From: Macrostomum hystrix | Taxonomy: Eukaryota; Animalia; Platyhelminthes | Direction: 5' to 3' | DNA length: 64,000 nt | NCBI GenBank assembly: GCA_950097015.1 | Contig: CATNEN010000008.1 | Location: 3,596,001-3,660,000 of the forward strand | Shown here: positions 11,405 through 22,504 of the stretch, piece by piece | Layout of the letters: each line of letters opens with the position of its first letter | How positions within the stretch are numbered: the stretch's first letter is position 1 | Program-made: the position numbers and the translations under genes | The notes under the pieces: generated by a model | What the model was told of the DNA's origin: nothing | What the model saw: the letters and a program-made list of their open reading frames with translations, nothing else | Databases searched by the model: none

Positions 11405-13253
11405 AGACCAACTGGCCAAATTCAGTACCAAGCTGCAACGTCACGGACGGCAACGCCACGCCAACAAATCTAGCGGTGGCGCAGGCAGCAGCTACGGACG
11501 CCGTCTCGAGGTGCTCTTTGATCATTCCAGTGCCGGTGATCCGTCCTCGACCACGGTGACCACTGGCGAAAGCCTGCTGGAGTTGGAGGCACCGCCGCAG
11601 AAAACCGGCGCACTGATGGCTGAGCGGCCTCAGCACCTGTGTCGCAGCCTACAACACTGCCTTGAGGCAGCCGACACAGACATTCAAGAACCAGAGGAAG
11701 CGCCTGCTGCCCAATTCTGGGTTGATGGCAATGTAGAAATTCGAATTGTGTCCGAGGAAATTAATCAGCATATGTCATGTACGCCGGTGCTAGCTGAGAC
11801 TTCCGACGGTAGCACAGCTTTGAGTGTGTGGAAAACCAACGTGAACCTCAACTGTCAGGCCAGACATGAGGAGCTTGTGCTCGATGTCGTTCTCGTGATG
11901 ACGCCGCTTGAATTTGGCCACGCCAGCCGGATATCTGTTGCGCCTGTGGTCGATGACGCCACAGTGGCTGTTGTAGCTGGTTTCGGACCTGCCTTTTTCG
12001 TCTGCAGCTCTCCAGCTGTCGTCAGCGACTGCGCCGTCGTGCCATACATTGCAGCAATCGGTTTGGAGACAACTCAGTTAGTTGAATTCTCACCTGCCGC
12101 CATAATCGCACGAACTGCGAGGCCGCGCACTTGTCTTCACGGGCCGAGGCCGGCTTCCCAAATGGCGGCGTCTCTGTGCTGCCTCCGCCGGCTGGATGCC
12201 ATTGCTCAGTGCTTAGTCCGAGCTCATGCTTCGCCGACTGAACTGGCGAATGTTCAGTGCAGTTGCTCAACTTCGACTGGACTGCTGGCTAACCCCACTC
12301 ACACGGGGGTGCGACCTTCGCGCAGTCACTGCTATCAGCTCGGTGTGCCTGACAAGATCGGAGTTTTCCTGGGCCCACCTGGTTTTAGCAGCGATAGAGC
12401 CTCGGCAAATTCGGAGATTGCGTGCGCCGCAGTTGTTGTTCAGTTGACATCAGTAGCACCAGCAATAGGTGACGAGGCATTTCAGCAGCTTAACGGCTTT
12501 AGATCAACTCAGGTGGCTGCGAATCGGCTGTTTGACCTTAACTGGAACGAACCTGATTGGCAGCTTCGACGATCAAGATCAACTCGACTGTGGCCAGCAA
12601 TGTCCGAGCGAGCGCTTGTCATTGTGAGCGATCGTTCGGCTCCCGGCGGTGGATCCGAGTGGCCGAAGTGGCCGGTGACAGAGTGGCTCTGGGCCCGCCC
12701 AGCTACTGGCCGGCTGCACTGTCCGACGCTGACATTCGCCTTTGAAGTACCCTCTATTGCGGCCGCAGAGTCAACAGCATCAACACCGCCGATCAGTCTG
12801 ATCGACTGCAACCAACCCCACCGAATAGGGTTCTTCGGAGATCCAGCTAGCGAGCTGTGCACCGCAAGAAGCCTGGACTGCGTACCGACAGAGAGCTGCT
12901 TCGCAGCCAGTTTGACTCAAGCAGATTGGTCGAGTGAAGAAGCCCGGTTCGTTAAGGCGTTTGCTGGACAGCCAGCTTTGCTACTCAGCTGCTTCCTCCA
13001 CTGCGACACTTGCACAGAGCATTACGTCATCGAGGAGACTTTAGGCTCCAAAATCAAAGACCTAGATTCACTATCTGTCAGTGCGCACACATGTTCGACA
13101 ATTGTCCAACCAGCAACCAAAAAACCAGCTGGGGTGTTTCTGTCAGCCTGCAGTAGCTCTCTGCTTCGACTGGCCTTTCAACGCAGCCAAAGCAGCGGCT
13201 GCATTGTCACTGAACTATCCGACAAGTTGGACCGACTGCTCAGATCACTGTAG
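11405..13253 (+). CDS. Uncharacterised protein, exon 2 (or second cistron)
   Basis: The frame of the 580-aa ORF stays open upstream to the acceptor ttttcAG at 11403-11404; phase matches the 11263 donor, giving a 1141-aa joined product. No family recognised. Confidence 0.72.
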
Positions 13254-13899
13254 CAGGTGTCAGCTTCTTACTAACTCCTTGCGTTTGGGGAATTTGATGA
13301 CAAATTTCGTGCATTTCCTTTTCCGCTAAAATGGATTTCTATGGCTAGATCAGTATTTACCGCTTAAGTATTTGCTAATTGTTAGGGAAAGTTTTTCATA
13401 GCATATTATTGTAAAAAGTATTGTTGCTTTATGAAAGATAGGCCTTTGGTTTATTTAACATTTCTATAGTGCATAAATTGTGCAGTTGACATTAAACTAC
13501 TTTTAATGGACTCGCGGTAAATAAACTAGACATGCCTAATACGAATGCAGTAGAAATCTTACTGAAGGTCAGTGCAAAATTGTAACTTTCGGCTTCTTGC
13601 CAAATAGTTTCTTAACTTGACTAATTAAATTGATCCTGTTTTTGAAGTCGAAGTTTAAATCATCACAAAAACGTTGTAATAATGCATCGAACAAGCAAAT
13701 ATTCGTTTGAGAAGTTTTTAAAATAAATAAATAGCTTTCATAGTACCAAATCTCCTTACATTAAGTTTAGTAGACAGATATAGAAAATGTAAGCACATGG
13801 CTACGAGTTGCAGTCGTTAATTTCAAGAAACAATGCTTTTGGCCGCCCGTCGCATTTCTCAATTCGATCTGCACACCCAATCCCAGATCACCAGCCTGG

Positions 13900-14449
13900 C
13901 CTCAAGCGCAGGTCACGAGAACAGTGACGTGTCCTCGCACACCTTGACGGTCTGGAAGGCTGGCGATGGCGTCCAGCTCTCGCTTCAACTAGCAGACTGA
14001 GCAGGGCGTGCAGAAGCAGCTGACACAGCAGTCGTTGCTGATTCTGCCATCAATGCCGTGTGCAATGTGCAGTTTAGTCCGGTAGGCCATCGGCGCCGAG
14101 TTTCCCCCGAACTGCCTAGCAGTTCTCGCCCATCCTTGGTGACAGGGAGCAGCAGGTGTAGCATGGACAGAACCAGGTCACGAGGCAGCAGGTCATGTCG
14201 TTTATGCAGCCACAGAGACTTGTCGACCTGTGGCGCTTCAACGACAATCTTAGTGTCGCAACTACTGCTGACGCAGGTCCTTAAATGGATCGACCGCGGC
14301 TGCTGCTGCTCCGGCTGTTGCTTCGCCTCCTGCTCCAGCGGCTGCTCCGGCTGCTGCTGCTGCCCCGGATGCTGCTCCGGCTGCTGCTGCTGCTGCTCCG
14401 GCTGCTGCTCGGCTGCTGCTTCGGCTGCTCATCCGGCTGCTGCTGCTGC
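13900..14449 (-). pseudogene. Disabled PLAC8/cornifelin-family copy (copy 3)
   Basis: Hand translation of the minus strand: ..STSLCGCINDMTCCLVTWFCPCYTCCSLSPRMGENC* / frameshift / GGNSAPMAYRTKLHIAHGIDGRISNDCCVSCFCTPCSVC*LKRELD. Two in-frame TAG stops and frameshifts; CAG-rich 5' part like copy 1. Confidence 0.88.
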
Positions 14450-14761
14450 CTAACCACACATTAGCCTAGAAGGATGTCGTTCGCTTTCTGCGCTTTCTGG
14501 ACATTGTACTTCGACACCGAGTCGCGCCGGAATGTGCTCATTTTGGCGAATGTTTCGCTTCCTTCAAATCAGTGGTTGAGAAGAATCACATGCTCTGCTC
14601 AATATTTATTCTCAGCCGTGGGCGTGTCTACGTTTTAGTGCATTTTGCGCGTTTCCGACTGAACCATTTAGCATGGCTAGCAAAAAGTTTCAATTGTTGC
14701 AACTTCTGGGGCGTTTCATTATTGTGCTGTTCTCTCGAAGCAGGCCTCGTACCTATTAGCA

Positions 14762-14884
14762 AATCGAAGCAAGAGTAGCTGGAATCGAAGCAAGAGTAGC
14801 TGGAATCGAAGCAAGAGTAGCTGGAATCGAAGCAAGAGTAGCTGGAATCGAAGCAAAAGTAGCTGGAATCGAAGCAAGAGTAGC
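14762..14884. repeat. 21-bp tandem repeat (aatcgaagcaagagtagctgg), ~6 copies
   Basis: Direct tandem repetition. Confidence 0.9.
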
Positions 14885-16085
14885 ACAGAACTAATAAAAA
14901 ATTGCGAACCCATGGAGGATTTGCTAATAAGATAATTAAATCGCATTAATTAGCTCTTATCTGTGTTGCAAAAATAATTTTAATGGGTTGAAGAACATTC
15001 GAGAAAGAAAATCTTAATTCTTCTTTTATGACTCTCTTATTAAAGGAAAATTGAACTATGCTGAAAAAGTAATTGACTCTCAATGAAGCATGCGTGTTTT
15101 TTTTCTAAAACGAAGCTAATGATATTATATTTTTTACTTCGATATTAAACTGGTCAGTCGGGGCTGGCAGACGAACTTAACCCCTCAAACTCAAATGCGG
15201 TGGCGCAGCCAGTGCCAACGAAGCGGGGCTGCCGTGCAGGTAAGAAGGGACTTTTTAGTGACGCCGCTTCGCACTCTGCACCACTTGGATAGCCGCAGCT
15301 GCGATTCAGTTGCACCAATTCTTCTCATTCAGTTGACTGGCTCTATTCGCACCGTGTCTGTCATCAACGTGTTGTTTTCCACCAAGACCTTCCACAAAAG
15401 AAGAGACACGAACCAATTGTCGCAGAAGACGTGGTATCCAAGGTTCGGGCGGTTATGGCTGCAGTGCAGTGCTGTGTACTAGATTGTTCACAAGGCAGCC
15501 TAGCCTTGGACAGAACTGTCTAATCAACGATCGCTTTAGCATTCATCCATTAGCACAGTCGTGAGACTAATAGTCGCGAACGATTGCGACTAATGCGAGT
15601 AACTTGGTCGGTATTCTCTCTGACACTCTCTATGTACAAACTCTCTACCACTATAGGTCATAGCCAGCTCCTTCGAGTCGCCGGCAGTCGCCGACCAAAC
15701 GGGGGGTGCAAAAATCGTGGTCTATACTTGATACATGCTCAAAGTAAAAAGTAGACTTGGATAAAAGTTTTGTATTTTTACTTAAAAGTGTTTTGTTTAA
15801 TCTGATTTGATTTGAACTTAAAACAAATATGCAAAAAAATGATTTGATTGTTGCCTGAACGAGCCTTATGCAATCGTTGTTCTCGCTGTAGTACTGCTTT
15901 TAGATGCAGCAAGTAAAAAGTTGATAAAAGTGGTGAATAGTTTTTTGGTCAATGTTGGTTGAATAACCACTTATCATACATAAAAGTACGCTCGTAAGTT
16001 TAAAAATAGAATTGCTAGAACGACTGGAATTTAGTTTAATGATGAAATTCCGATTTTCGGCCCGGGATATTCGTTGCTTCTAGCT

Positions 16086-16625
16086 TCAGCGATGTCGCAC
16101 AAACGCCGGCTTTCCCGTGTTCCGCTCGATGTAGTCCAGCTCCCGCTTCATCTGGCACACGGCGCAGGTCATGCAGCAGCCGGTAGTGGTGCAGCAGTCC
16201 TCGATGGCGCCGCCGCGAATGCCATGAACGGCGCGCATCTTGGTGCGATAGACAAGCGGAGCTGATTGGCCTGCGATGAACAGGCAGAAGGGGGCGCAGC
16301 AGCTCTCGCCGAATCGGTGCGACAGGCAGCAGCACATGTAGCACGGGCAGCACCAGTACACCAGGCAGCAGGAGGTCATATCGTCGCAGCAGCCGCAGAT
16401 GCTTGACGACCAGTCTCGAAGTCCGTCAGCTGATCCTCTAAACTGATTCGATTCAACGACGTTTGAGACGTTGACCATTATTTGCCCACCCGGCGGCTGG
16501 TCATAGCCTTGGTTGTACGGGTCCCGATGGACTGGCTGAGGCTGCTGTCGCATCACCGGTCGCTGAGGCTCCGTATAGTCGCTCTTTGCATCCGAACCTT
16601 CAACCTGGCTTTCTTCGTTGTACAT
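16086..16625 (-). CDS. PLAC8/cornifelin-family cysteine-rich protein, copy 2 (179 aa)
   Basis: WSSSICGCCDDMTSCCLVYWCCPC...MRAVHGIRGGAIEDCC...CAVCQMKRELDYIER; clearly paralogous to 1288-1842. Confidence 0.92.
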   Translation of the reverse strand: MYNEESQVEGSDAKSDYTEPQRPVMRQQPQPVHRDPYNQGYDQPPGGQIMVNVSNVVESNQFRGSADGLRDWSSSICGCCDDMTSCCLVYWCCPCYMCCCLSHRFGESCCAPFCLFIAGQSAPLVYRTKMRAVHGIRGGAIEDCCTTTGCCMTCAVCQMKRELDYIERNTGKPAFVRHR

Positions 16626-18083
16626 TCTTAGATTGAAGCCTGTTAGAGTATAGAATTCGAATTACTTTATCCTGAATTTCTCTAGTAAAAGTCTCAATTT
16701 TATAGCCAACTAGCGTACATATTCTAGGTTATACAAAGATTAATGAGTTGGTCTCTCGCTTTGTCACAGGTTCGTTTACGAGCTTGCCTATTCTATGCTT
16801 GAAGTCTTAATCTGTATTTGCAGCATGCAGATAGCTTTGAGAGAGATGTGAATGCTTATTTCCAAGAAATTCCGTGTTTAGTCATCTTTCACTCGGAAGC
16901 CTACATTAGGACCGGTTGAGCAGTTTATCTCTGAGTGTACGCTATTGTTTCCTGAGCTCGTGATGGTTGTCACATTCGGAGAATAGTGGCTCTATATACG
17001 AGTACTACGCTTTGCACATTGAACAGCTAGTCTGCACAAAACCCAGAGATCCTCTCATTCTGAGACACTGGAGCTCTGAATATATTAACCCGTAGAGACA
17101 ACTCACCAAAACCTCGCTTTCCGGACCAAGTATAGTCCGAATGCCTGTCGGGCGTCAGTAAATGAAGCCTTATAAATAGCCTGAGTTGTGTGATCTGGCT
17201 CTCCGCGTTTTTTCTACACACTGTGGCGGTAAAATTAATTACAAGCCATTAGCTTCAATTTGTTACACTACGCAGTGGTCCTTGAGGGTACAAATTAAAC
17301 AAAAGAGGAATTATACAGAGTGGAAAGGCAATGGGGGTATTTCACATACCCCTATTTTTCTTTGTTTCTGTATCTTCCAAAATATTCAACCAATTTTCGC
17401 CAAATCTAAAATTTTCCGCTTTATCCGATGAAACAAATTCCAGACATCGGCATCGTCCAGATATTCAACGAACCGCCAATATGGGCAAGATATTTCTATA
17501 TTATCGTGGTCTTTCTACCGGTGATTAAGTTTATTTTCCGCATATAACGTATAGAATTCATTCATGAACATTCACTTGATACATGCTCAGCACAATAAGT
17601 GATGACTTCACAAAAATGTAGAACCTTTATAAAAGCTTCCGTTCACGCAAGCAATATTTAAGCAATTCTAAGCTACGTTCAAGTTATGAAAGATATTGAC
17701 AAGAAAGCACAATGATGCATTCCATTCGCACAAGAAGACACGACAAAATCAATAAGTTTATATTTGAGAAGTGATCACTCTGTTGTAGCTAACTCTACTT
17801 ACAGTAGTGAGTGAAAAAATTGATTTTTTCGCTAGCATAAAAATTCAGGAAGTCACTGCCTTGTACATAAACATTACTGATCGAATTTAAGATCTGAAAT
17901 TTAAGATCTGATTCGTTTAAAAACGAATAGCAAAAGCGGCACAAAATGTGGCCAATTTAGTTGAAGATAATAGCTCGTATCAACCCCTGCCCTAACCCTA
18001 ACCCCAACTGTCTATGGCAAAATTGCATTGGTATGTCTTTCCGCTTCTGGCCCAGCAGAAGTGGTTTAAGCTGTCCTAGGTCA

Positions 18084-18593
18084 TCAGAACTCCAGTTTGC
18101 CCTCCAGAAGCACTGCAGTCCGTCTGAATGCCGAAGCCAACTCTGCAACCGCAACTCGAGCTTCGCAGCGATCTCGGCCGTCCTGCAGGGCGCTCATCAG
18201 CTTGGGAAAGCATCGGCCGGAGTCTAGTAGGCCGCCCATCAACAGGTTGCCTCCATCGTCGCTATCCTGGAAGCTCCTACTGAGCAGTAGCAGCTGGTCG
18301 TTGATTTTCTCAAATAACGGCTCCCGACCGACCGTCGGCAACCGACTGGCGAAGGCGCGTAGAGCGTCGGCAAATCGACGCACACTGCTGCTCAACGGCT
18401 CAGAGGCGACGCCGGCTGCTCGAAGCCGACCCGTGGCCGAATTGTGGCAGGCCACGGCGGCACGGGCCAGGGATTCGCAGTCGTAGGGCAGCTGTGGCGT
18501 CTGGGACAGGCGGAGAATTGCGTCCAGGGTGACGCGAGCGAGAAACACCCCGGCGCCTGCTGAGTCGATTGTGAGTCCGTGTGGATCAGGCAC
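18084..18593 (-). CDS. GCPII/NAALADase/transferrin-receptor-like (M28B) gene, exon 5 (last; helical dimerisation domain)
   Basis: LSQTPQLPYDC and KINDQLLLLSRSFQD align with the GCPII motifs LANSIVLPFDC and MMNDQLMFLERAFID; acceptor gcAG at 18594, phase 0; ends at TGA. Confidence 0.85.
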   Translation of the reverse strand: MPDPHGLTIDSAGAGVFLARVTLDAILRLSQTPQLPYDCESLARAAVACHNSATGRLRAAGVASEPLSSSVRRFADALRAFASRLPTVGREPLFEKINDQLLLLSRSFQDSDDGGNLLMGGLLDSGRCFPKLMSALQDGRDRCEARVAVAELASAFRRTAVLLEGKLEF

Positions 18594-18730
18594 CTGCGCA
18601 GAGGTATGGCTTCGATTAACGCCAATGAATTTTCTACTGATAGGTATTTTAAAGTTAAATTCTGATAATTTAATTGAGATCTCAAATTAAAAGAATGAGA
18701 AAATTTAACAAACTCAACATTTAATCTCAC

Positions 18731-18809
18731 AAGCTCTGGTTCCGCCGTTGGAACGCCAAGATTGAAGGCGAACTCGGCTTGGCTGCCAACACCGCCGGGA
18801 AGCGGGAAC
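18731..18809 (-). CDS. M28B-like gene, exon 4 (79 nt)
   Basis: tttcAG acceptor and GTGAGA donor; phase 2 to 0 reconciles exons 3 and 5; encodes GSQAEFAFNLGVPTA, similar to GCPII GNDFEVFFQRLGIASG. Confidence 0.75.
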
Positions 18810-18825
18810 CTGAAATGTTCATTCA

Positions 18826-19035
18826 TCTGGGGTAATGTTCATTCATTTTGGGATAATGTTCATTCATCTGGGGTAATGCTCATTCATTTGGGGTAATGTT
18901 CATTCATCTGGGGTAATGTTCATTCATTTTGGGATAATGTTCATTCATCTGGGGTAATGCTCATTCATCTGGGGTAATGTTCATTCATCTGGGGTAATGT
19001 TCATTCATCTGGGGTAATGTTTATTCATTTTGGGT
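18826..19035. repeat. 20-bp intronic tandem repeat (aatgttcattcatctggggt), ~10 copies
   Basis: Direct tandem repetition between exons 3 and 4. Confidence 0.92.
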
Positions 19036-19096
19036 AATGAATACCGCATATTATAATGTGTAATTGATTTATATGCTACTATTAAGCCATTCTCAC

Positions 19097-19151
19097 AGTG
19101 GCGCTTGACCATGGCTTGTAAGTGTTGACTCCGCTTCTGGCCAGCCTTGAT

Positions 19152-19196
<45 letters not shown>

Positions 19197-19624
19197 CAGC
19201 AGCAGCAGCAGTAGCAGCAGTAGTCTGTTCAGTAGCATTGGTTGCAGTGTCCGCAGCTGAATAAAACACGGCGTTCAAAAGCGGCGACGATCTCACCCGA
19301 AGTCGCCACTTGTCGCCGGGTTTCGCCGACTTCCCGGCCGCGACGGCGACTCTGTCTAACGCAATGTAGGCGACGGCTCGCTGTCGAAACAGTTCGGCAA
19401 AGTTTTCAACGCCGGAATTCTCGTCGCCCCAGAAGGCTAGAATGACGCTTCGACCAAGGGGCACCTTTTCCAACGAGCTGCCGATCGCGCGCAGAAGTCC
19501 AGCAGTCGACGGCGGACCGCCAATCAGCACGTAGCGCTGAGGCTCCCGACTTCCGTGAAACATCAGCAGACGGTCAGCGACTGGTCGACGCACCGAACGG
19601 CTTGGAGGCGAGAACGAAAGACGC
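19097..19624 (-). CDS. M28B-like gene, exon 3 (peptidase-like domain, degenerate active site, poly-Ala tract)
   Basis: HGSREPQRYVLIGG, RSVILAFWGDE, RAVAYIALD and LRVRSSPLL match GCPII RGAVEPDRYVILGG, RTILFASWDAEE, RGVAYINAD and LRVDCTPLM; 528 nt, phase 2 at both ends. Confidence 0.85.
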
Positions 19625-19689
19625 CTACGGTCAATAGGACAAGTGGCGGAAGTCCTTAGCTTCAAGTGGTTTTACGCAAAATTCCTCCT

Positions 19690-19717
19690 AGCACTAGTAG
19701 CACTAGTAGCACTAGCT

Positions 19718-19779
<62 letters not shown>

Positions 19780-19787
19780 TACTAGCT

Positions 19788-19828
<41 letters not shown>

Positions 19829-19836
19829 TACTAGCT

Positions 19837-19882
<46 letters not shown>
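19690..19882. repeat. 7-bp tandem repeat (ctagcca)n
   Basis: Direct tandem repetition. Confidence 0.95.
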
Positions 19883-19883
<1 letters not shown>

Positions 19884-19945
19884 GGCAGGTGTATACACCT
19901 GTACACACTTGTGTGAGTGTGTGCCTGTGTGCTTAGGGGTCAGAG
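19882..19945 (+). mobile_element. Degenerate fragment of the tRNA-headed SINE family
   Basis: agggcaggtgtatacacc...tgtgtgagtgtgtg...gtgcttagg resembles the SINE body agggcagatgtacacacctgtgtgagtgtgtgctcagg. Confidence 0.5.
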
Positions 19946-20185
19946 GTCGTTTAGTAGAGACATTCGTCTAGTGCAGTCAGTATCTATACAAATAATTTTT
20001 ACTGGCCTAAAGGACAAAGAGATAAAACGAGAAATACCGGGTGGCCCATGCGTTTAAGGACAACCTTAAAAATAGAAGAAAGCAAAGCCAGCGGTAGCTA
20101 GAGCATAATAGTTTTGGTCATAGACAAAATAGTATCTATATAGTCTGTAGATGCCGCGAAAATTTTCGGCAACTTAGCATTAGCC

Positions 20186-20656
20186 ATGAATCGCGCTAAA
20201 CGTTTGATGGTGGTAGACCAGCTCGCGCGGGGTATAAGCCCAGCACAGGTACCAGCTGGAGTGAAAATCAACTCAGCCGAGTACATCCGCATGCTGCAGG
20301 ATCATGTACTGCCATGGATTCGACACAACTTTGCCCCAGGTACGTTTGTTTTTCAGCAGGACGGCGCTCCTGCCCACACGGCTGTCGCTACTCAAGAATT
20401 TCTTCGCCGGGAGCTCGGCGAGGACTTCTGGGATGCGACCACTTGGCCACCATCGAGTCCAGACTGTTCCCCTCTCAATTACTTTGTGTGGAACAACGTT
20501 GCATGTTTAACAACTTATGCTACCGTGGAGACTCTCCAAGTTGCTGTTAGTGCTGCCTGGTCAGCTCAGGGCCCTGCCGTCATCAGAGGTGCCTGTACCA
20601 AGTTTCGGTCTCGCATTGAAGCCGTGTATGCAGCGGAGGGGGGCTACATTGAGTAA
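20186..20656 (+). pseudogene. Truncated maT/DD37D-like transposase
   Basis: About 21 N-terminal residues fused in frame to VPAGVKINSAEY..FQQDGAPAHT..WPPSSPDCSPLNYFVW..GGYIE. HTH and first Asp are deleted; third Asp position is Asn, 38 residues after the second. Confidence 0.88.
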
Positions 20657-20746
20657 ATGTTATTTTTAGTTGCCATCTAGACATTATGGCGGTCAGTTAA
20701 AATGTTAAAGTTTTCGTTTGTTGGTTGTTTTTATATTAAAAATGTA

Positions 20747-22178
20747 CACTCAGCAACATTGAAAAGTTTCCACCCTCGCGCAAGTTGTATATTTAGAGTT
20801 TCAAAACTGGTTTTTGTCGCCAGACTTGTGCCATAGACGATTGATGATTTCGTCAACACGCACTTGGGCCATAGAATTCAAAAACTTGGGTCATAGACGC
20901 CAGACAAGTCGAAGGAAACAGTCACATGGAGCAGACAGCAGCATCTTACAGGAGTCTAAAATCCACGTTCGCAACCGAACGCAATGGTTCGCCAAATGAC
21001 CGACCTGGAACGAGCGCGCGCCATTGGCATGCTGGACGCTGGGATGCCCATCCGAGCTGTTGCTCGCCAAATTGGGCGGTCACACACAGCAATCCGCAAA
21101 CTGCAGATCAAGTGCAGAGAAACGGGCAGCGTGGCGCACGCCACGCGCGGCCTGCGGCTCAATATGCGCAGTACAACTAGGAGGGCGGACCGGCGATTGC
21201 TGCGAATGGTAAAGGGAAGCCCCACATTGCCAGCCACCCTGCTACGGCTGATGTGGGCTGAAAGAAGCAGGCGAGGGAATGTCCTGAGCGCCCAAACCAT
21301 CCGACGACGATTGCGGGAGTCGGGGCTGCGATCCCGTAAGATGCGCAAACGGTCACGCCTGACCCCAACCCATGTGACCAGCCGGGAACAATGGGCAATG
21401 CAAAGGGTCCACTGGAAGCAGCAGTGGCGGCGAGTGATTTTCACAGATGAGAGCCGCTTTCGATTGTTCCGTGCCGACGGCCGCATTCGCGTGTGGCGCC
21501 AGCCGCGCCAGGAGATGCTGCCGCAGCACGTGCAAAACTCTGAGAGCCAGTCAGCTTCTATTCACGTGTGGGCAGGCATCACAATGCAAGCGAAGACGGA
21601 GCTCGTGTTCCTGGATGCCGAGTCGTACGCCAACCTTCTACAGACGCGCCTGCTGCCCTTCATTGATGCTTCATGTGGTGGCGTGGGGAACTGCGTCCTC
21701 CAAGACGACAACGCCCCACCGCATCGCGCAGCCGCTGTGGCGCATCTGAAGGAGCTGCTGCACCTGCGAACCTTGCGCTGGCCGTCCCGATCACCGGACA
21801 TGAATCCCATAGAGCACGTTTGGGATTACCTGAAGCGCTCGATTCGGCGCGACAATCCGCCGCAAAATGTTGCCCAACTGCGCGAATCACTGTCTACTGC
21901 ATGGCAACAACTACCGCAAGATTTTCTGCGACGCCTGGTTCTGGGGATGCCCCGGAGAGTGAGCGCTCTGCTGCACTCACGTGGCTGCTATACGCGTTAC
22001 TGACCCTGTTCTGGGCGAGTTGTCACCCATGCTCGCGTACTTTGTTTCTTTGCTGTTCCTTTGCTTCGGTCGATTCCGGATTATATATTTGTCTATGGCT
22101 CAAACCACGAATATCTCCACAGACCAAAACGTTGCCCCTTCGCGCGCTAGGGTGGAAACTTTTCAATGTGGCTGAGTG
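20747..22178 (+). mobile_element. Full-length Tc1-like DNA transposon (1432 bp) nested in the maT-like element
   Basis: ~29-bp TIRs cactcagc(a/c)acattgaaaagtttccaccct; TA on both flanks (20745-46, 22179-80). Confidence 0.95.
20984..22003 (+). CDS. Tc1-family DD34E transposase (339 aa)
   Basis: Uninterrupted ATG to TGA ORF; N-terminal HTH (AIGMLDAGMPIRAVARQIG); FTDESRF, QDDNAPPH, SPDMNPIEHVW with 34 residues between the second D and the E. Confidence 0.95.
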   Translation: MVRQMTDLERARAIGMLDAGMPIRAVARQIGRSHTAIRKLQIKCRETGSVAHATRGLRLNMRSTTRRADRRLLRMVKGSPTLPATLLRLMWAERSRRGNVLSAQTIRRRLRESGLRSRKMRKRSRLTPTHVTSREQWAMQRVHWKQQWRRVIFTDESRFRLFRADGRIRVWRQPRQEMLPQHVQNSESQSASIHVWAGITMQAKTELVFLDAESYANLLQTRLLPFIDASCGGVGNCVLQDDNAPPHRAAAVAHLKELLHLRTLRWPSRSPDMNPIEHVWDYLKRSIRRDNPPQNVAQLRESLSTAWQQLPQDFLRRLVLGMPRRVSALLHSRGCYTRY

Positions 22179-22504
22179 TATATACATTTGATTATTTTTA
22201 AGTTGTCCTTAAACGCATGGGCCACCCGGTAAGGAGTGCAGAGTGAGAAAGTGCACTAATAACTATTGATTAACCCTTGGCGCATTACTAATCCATTACC
22301 TCAGTTGGGCCACACCCAGCTGGCTAAAGACTGCTCAAAAAAGGCTACTCAGACACTATAAACACTGTTGGCTATGGTTTAATATACTCTATCAAATATT
22401 GTCTTAGTTCTAGAACCTCTTAATAGGCCTTAATTAAATATCAATTCAAGGTGCTCATTTCTCCAGAATTTAATTATCACCAATAATTGTTTATCCCGGG
22501 TGTG

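Larger units (their letters stand above)
20037..22229 (+). mobile_element. Internally deleted Tc1/mariner-superfamily element (maT/DD37D-like), host of a nested insertion
   Basis: TIRs ccgggtggcccatgcgtttaaggacaac(c)ttaaaaat at both ends; TA on both flanks (20035-36, 22230-31); 759 bp once the nested element and one TA are removed. Confidence 0.92.

Noticed and set aside
15195-15482. 95-aa ORF in a GC-richer patch between the PLAC8 copies
   Set aside because: No motif or splice context; cannot be supported as coding.
17988-18006. ccctaaccctaacccc telomeric seed
   Set aside because: Only two perfect units; too short to distinguish from chance.
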